Below are positions 61,101-64,000 of a stretch of DNA of 64,000 nucleotides, one piece after another. Source of the stretch: Enoplolaimus lenunculus (Eukaryota); NCBI GenBank assembly GCA_030248215.1, contig JASANG010000245.1:62001-126000 (forward strand). The letters run 5' to 3'. The position numbers were made by a program, and so were the translations under genes. A model generated the notes under the pieces. That model did no database searches, had not been told where the DNA came from, and worked only from the letters and a program-made list of their open reading frames with translations. Each line of letters starts with the position of its first letter. The first letter of the stretch is position 1.

Positions 61101-63183
61101 CGACCTGTATAATTTATCGATTGACCACTGGGATCTGATGTCCGAGTATTACACATGGGAGTCGCCGAGTTCTAATTCAGGGTACGTCCAAGATTAAGCA
61201 TAATGAAGCGAACCTGTTGCAGCCAAAAAATAATCAACCACATTTGGTTAAATCAACAGTCCCAAATGGTATCACAACAATTTGTCGCCCAACTACTCGT
61301 GGTCTGACGACAACTCGTCGCCCGACAACTTGTAATCTGAAATTTCATCGACTCGACAGTTCGTTGCCTATCATTATGCTTAGGCTTAGGCTTAGGCTTA
61401 GGCTTAGGCTTAGGCTTATGCTTAGGCTTAGGCTTAGGCTTAGGCTTAGGCTAAGGCTTAGGCTTAGGCTTAGGCTTAGGCTTAGGCTTAGGCTTAGGCT
61501 TAGGTTTACGTTTACGATTACGTTTAGATTTATTCACAGGATTTACGGCACTGTTGGGCGACAAGATGTCTGGTGTCAAATTGTCGTAGATTGGTGCCAA
61601 GTACACGCCCGTAGCCAGCGATCCTTGCTTGGGGGGGCAAAAAATCTTCAGGAGGGGCATACAAAGGTTTTCGTTGACTTACCAGCAAGGTTGAAAATTT
61701 TTTATGGGGGCCAAAATTTGTCCAGGTGGAGTGGTTGAGCAGCCCCTCTGATCCCACTGGCTACGCCCCCCCCCCCCAAGTAGTGACTTATTCTCATGGG
61801 CTTATGTTTAATAGATCACAAGTCTCAGCGTATAGGTTTATATTAAGCTAAATATACCTAGTTTATCTCGTATATCCACCCTGTCTGTAAGACAGACCTG
61901 TGGTGTTTGATTTATGTATTACTGTAGTGATCCGAATAAAAGGAGATATGACTGATATATTTTAACTCTAAAGACGAAACCCCCATGTTATTCGGTTCCG
62001 GGCTGTCATCTATTTTAACCCATATCCTTTTATATGGGTGTTTCAGTTATGCCAGCAAATCTCTAGCTCGCTACTTACAAGTGTAATTTTTAGATCTGAA
62101 TATGCTGCTATGAGTATAAGCAACATATTGTAGTGACCCGAATAACATGGGGGTAATAAGATGGGGTCCCCATTTTGAGTCCCAATCAATAGGAGTCCGT
62201 ATTTCTAATGAGAGTGCGAAAGCGGATAGAGTCCCTGAACCGTAATTAAAGTACATAAATGTCAACTATCCCTAATTACAGTGCATAAATGACTCCTTGA
62301 CCAAAGAAAGTTGAGTTCGAAATTTTGAAGCGTACTTAAGTCTTGAAAGTACATTCCTAAGTGTAAAACCTTTCATTATCGCTCAAGCTATTAACACAGG
62401 ACAAATAATCGTTAAATTCAACGGACAACTGCAGTACCGGATACATATCAGTAACGAAGGGTGACGGAGCGTGGGTTAAAAATTAGTAACAGTCCGTAGC
62501 GGAATAACAGGGGGTACCCTCTGGAGAGGCCAAATAAATGTCAGTCCCCCTCTTATTCGGGTCACTATAGTATACTTGAATAATACATGTCAGTCTGGGT
62601 AGGAACTGCGACTTCAGACCTCTGTACTAAGCAGCTGGAAATCGGCGGGTTACGGGTGGTTTCGAACTAGCGACCTTCTGTGTGTCAGGCAGACGCTGTT
62701 ACCACTTCGCCACGTAGCCCGCCTCTCCAACTGCATTTTTCGTCGACTATATGTGTCGACCGTACAACACAATGTGCATTGCATTTATTGCATATGCACC
62801 AGGACAAGCATGTCTTACATGCTTACAATACATCGTATTATGTATTAAAATTCATTTGGTTCAGGAAGCATTTACGCAACCTAATTAGTGCAATTGATGC
62901 TTTATACACTCTAATTGGTAATTTTGGGCTTTATCTGTTTACGGACTCTTATTAGAGATATAAAGCTCTATTAGAAATAGATTCCACCGACTCTTATTAC
63001 TTCCTCTTTTATTTGGGTTATCTACAGTGCGGTTGACGTTTCGATTGTAATGAAGTATTTTAATTGTTCTCTGTTGTATGTTTAAGGTTTTCGTTTTGTC
63101 AGTATCCATTCATTTTGAGCATTAACGCGAAACGTCAAATTTTGGAAGGACACGCCGAACAGCAAATGATTGCAACTGCAAGG
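51095..63183 (+). CDS. HECTD2: HECTD2-like HECT E3 ubiquitin ligase, N-terminal half; the HECT domain lies beyond the right edge
   Basis: Exons 51095-51148 (tentative first exon, MEQSS...LPRIPQ), 51947-52390 (polyQ), 53379-53515, 54581-54683, 55033-55149, 55764-55825, 56699-56768, 57140-57249, 58553-58701, 61061-61181, 63087-63183, all phase-consistent. Motifs PQDIQKNTLKSVINALL, LRAYMILIQNPQF..PSTYVVYAHLLRQMATL, QFISIRLFP...CSWWVP, FSFCQYPFILSINAK...EQQMI match HECTD2 as remembered. The start codon is uncertain. Confidence 0.87.
53541..53738 (-). mobile_element. TTAGGC-bearing MITE, family B
   Basis: Family TIRs and body. Confidence 0.8.
54102..54515. mobile_element. Same Harbinger-like MITE carrying a 21-bp minisatellite
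   Basis: CACACGT(A/C)CGGTGCCGTCCGT about 11 times at 54132-54373; shares the core GGTATCGTACGCAAATAACTCACGTA with the 13349 copy. Confidence 0.75.
54706..55020 (-). mobile_element. Chimeric B/A TTAGGC MITE with a duplicated A end
   Basis: The left part is B-type (GGTGGGTCTA...GTAGGTTTAGATTCTAGA); the right part is the A-type AATAAGCTTATAATACTATTCCGC end, present twice. Confidence 0.7.
55396..55654 (-). mobile_element. TTAGGC-bearing MITE, family A
   Basis: Family TIRs with T-rich flanks. Confidence 0.8.
56345..56630 (+). repeat. Dispersed repeat, second copy of 51380-51690
   Basis: Shared AAAATTCAATTCCT...TTCAAAGATGCAGGAA...GGCAAGTTTTCTAAAAAGTCCAATAGTAAT. Confidence 0.75.
59218..59423 (+). 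mobile_element. TTAGGC-bearing MITE, family A
   Basis: Perfect TSD TTCAGAGG. Confidence 0.9.
60494..60706 (-). mobile_element. TTAGGC-bearing MITE, family A
   Basis: TSD ACTAAAAG/ACTAAAAC. Confidence 0.82.
61378..61505 (+). repeat. Interstitial (TTAGGC)n tract, about 21 units
   Basis: Nearly pure nematode telomere-type hexamer inside a HECTD2 intron. Confidence 0.95.
61922..62570. mobile_element. TA-flanked Tc1/mariner-like MITE (CTGTAGTGACCCGAATAA TIR) with a related fragment inside
   Basis: TA|CTGTAGTGATCCGAATAA...TTATTCGGGTCACTATAG|TA; the internal piece 62128-62250 is related to 11140-11250. Confidence 0.6.
62590..62723 (-). mobile_element. tRNA-derived SINE (best-preserved copy, Val-like head)
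   Basis: Head GGCGGGCTACGTGGCGAAGTGGTAACAGCGTCTGCCTGACACACAGAAGGTCGCTAGTTCGAAACCACCCGTAACCCGCC, then tail ...GTCTGAAGTCGCAGTTCCTACCCAGACTGA, shared with the copies at about 5891 and 44257. Confidence 0.7.
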
Positions 63184-63220
63184 GTGTGTATTCTACACCG
63201 GTTTAAGGCTTACAGGTTTC

Positions 63221-63573
63221 GGCTCATGTAAAGATCAGAGGCGGAACATATTTCTGTGCTACTAGAAAAGAGTAAGCTTAAGCTTTAGACTAATTTTTTG
63301 GCTTGGCTTAGGCTTAGATTTAGGCTTAGGCATAGGAATATGCTCATTCTTACGTTTTGGCTTAGGCTTAGGCTTAGAAATATTATCATTCTTATGCTTA
63401 GGCATAGGAATATGCTCATTCTTACGTTTTGGCTTAGGCTTAGGCTTAGAAATATTCTCATTCTTATGCTTAGGCTTAGGAATATGCTCATTCTTACGCT
63501 TTGGCTTGGGCTTAGGCATAGGCTTAGGAAAACGGTTACAGTACTTGTTCCACCCCTGTTCTTTATATTAGCC
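63221..63573 (-). mobile_element. TTAGGC-bearing MITE, family A, with internal duplications
   Basis: TSD CAGGTTTC/CATGTTTC. Confidence 0.82.
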
Positions 63574-64000
63574 CATGTTTCTACGAGGCGGATATTATAG
63601 ACGTACTCAAAGAACGATTTAGGAAAAATGAAGATTAGCGGATATATAAATTGAAAAACTACCGGAATACATTTCGCAATTCTTATACAGACACCTCTTG
63701 ACAAGATTGCCAAAGTATTTTGTGTCTGTATTGACTGCATAAAACGGTTAAATAGCGTACGAAATCGTATTGATCTGTCGTAACCATATTCTCAAATGTG
63801 TGTAGCACTTATTACCAGTTTGTGATAGGACTTGTAACTTTCCAATTAGAGCATAATGCATTCTGAAATTTTACTCGTTTGTTGCACTTTAACTTCTGCC
63901 TTACCTCGATACAAATTTTGAATTCTGCCAACTGTTGTTGTTTGCCAGATTGAAAATCTATCGCTAACTGGTAATTATAGGTGCTATACATAGTTGAGAA

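Noticed and set aside
61378..61505. True chromosome end
   Set aside because: The tract is short, and HECTD2 exons continue in phase on both sides.

Overview
AT-rich, repeat-dense eukaryotic DNA, almost certainly from a nematode (TTAGGC telomere-type repeats, a cuticle collagen, TTTCAG acceptors). Four spliced protein-coding genes were reconstructed by hand with phase-consistent exons: (1) a latrophilin/lat-2-like adhesion GPCR on the minus strand (21 ectodomain exons, 26516->311, running off the left edge before the 7TM region); (2) a 4-exon cuticle collagen (+, 33209-37292); (3) syntaxin-18 (-, 12 exons, 43840->38594, one GC-AG intron); (4) a HECTD2-like E3 ligase (+, from about 51095, running off the right edge). 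Introns and intergenic DNA are full of non-autonomous elements. Most striking are over 30 copies of two related MITE families with GG-initial TIRs and 8-bp TSDs (Merlin-like) that carry (TTAGGC)n arrays, and that nest, fuse and tandemly amplify. Also present: TTAA-flanked piggyBac-like MITEs with an internal tRNA-like cassette, a tRNA-derived SINE family, short Helitrons, Harbinger-, hAT- and CACT-type MITEs, and a 52-bp tandem array. No transposase, CRISPR array or prokaryotic system is visible. Most of the supplied ORFs are repeat artefacts. All homology calls come from remembered sequences, not database searches.
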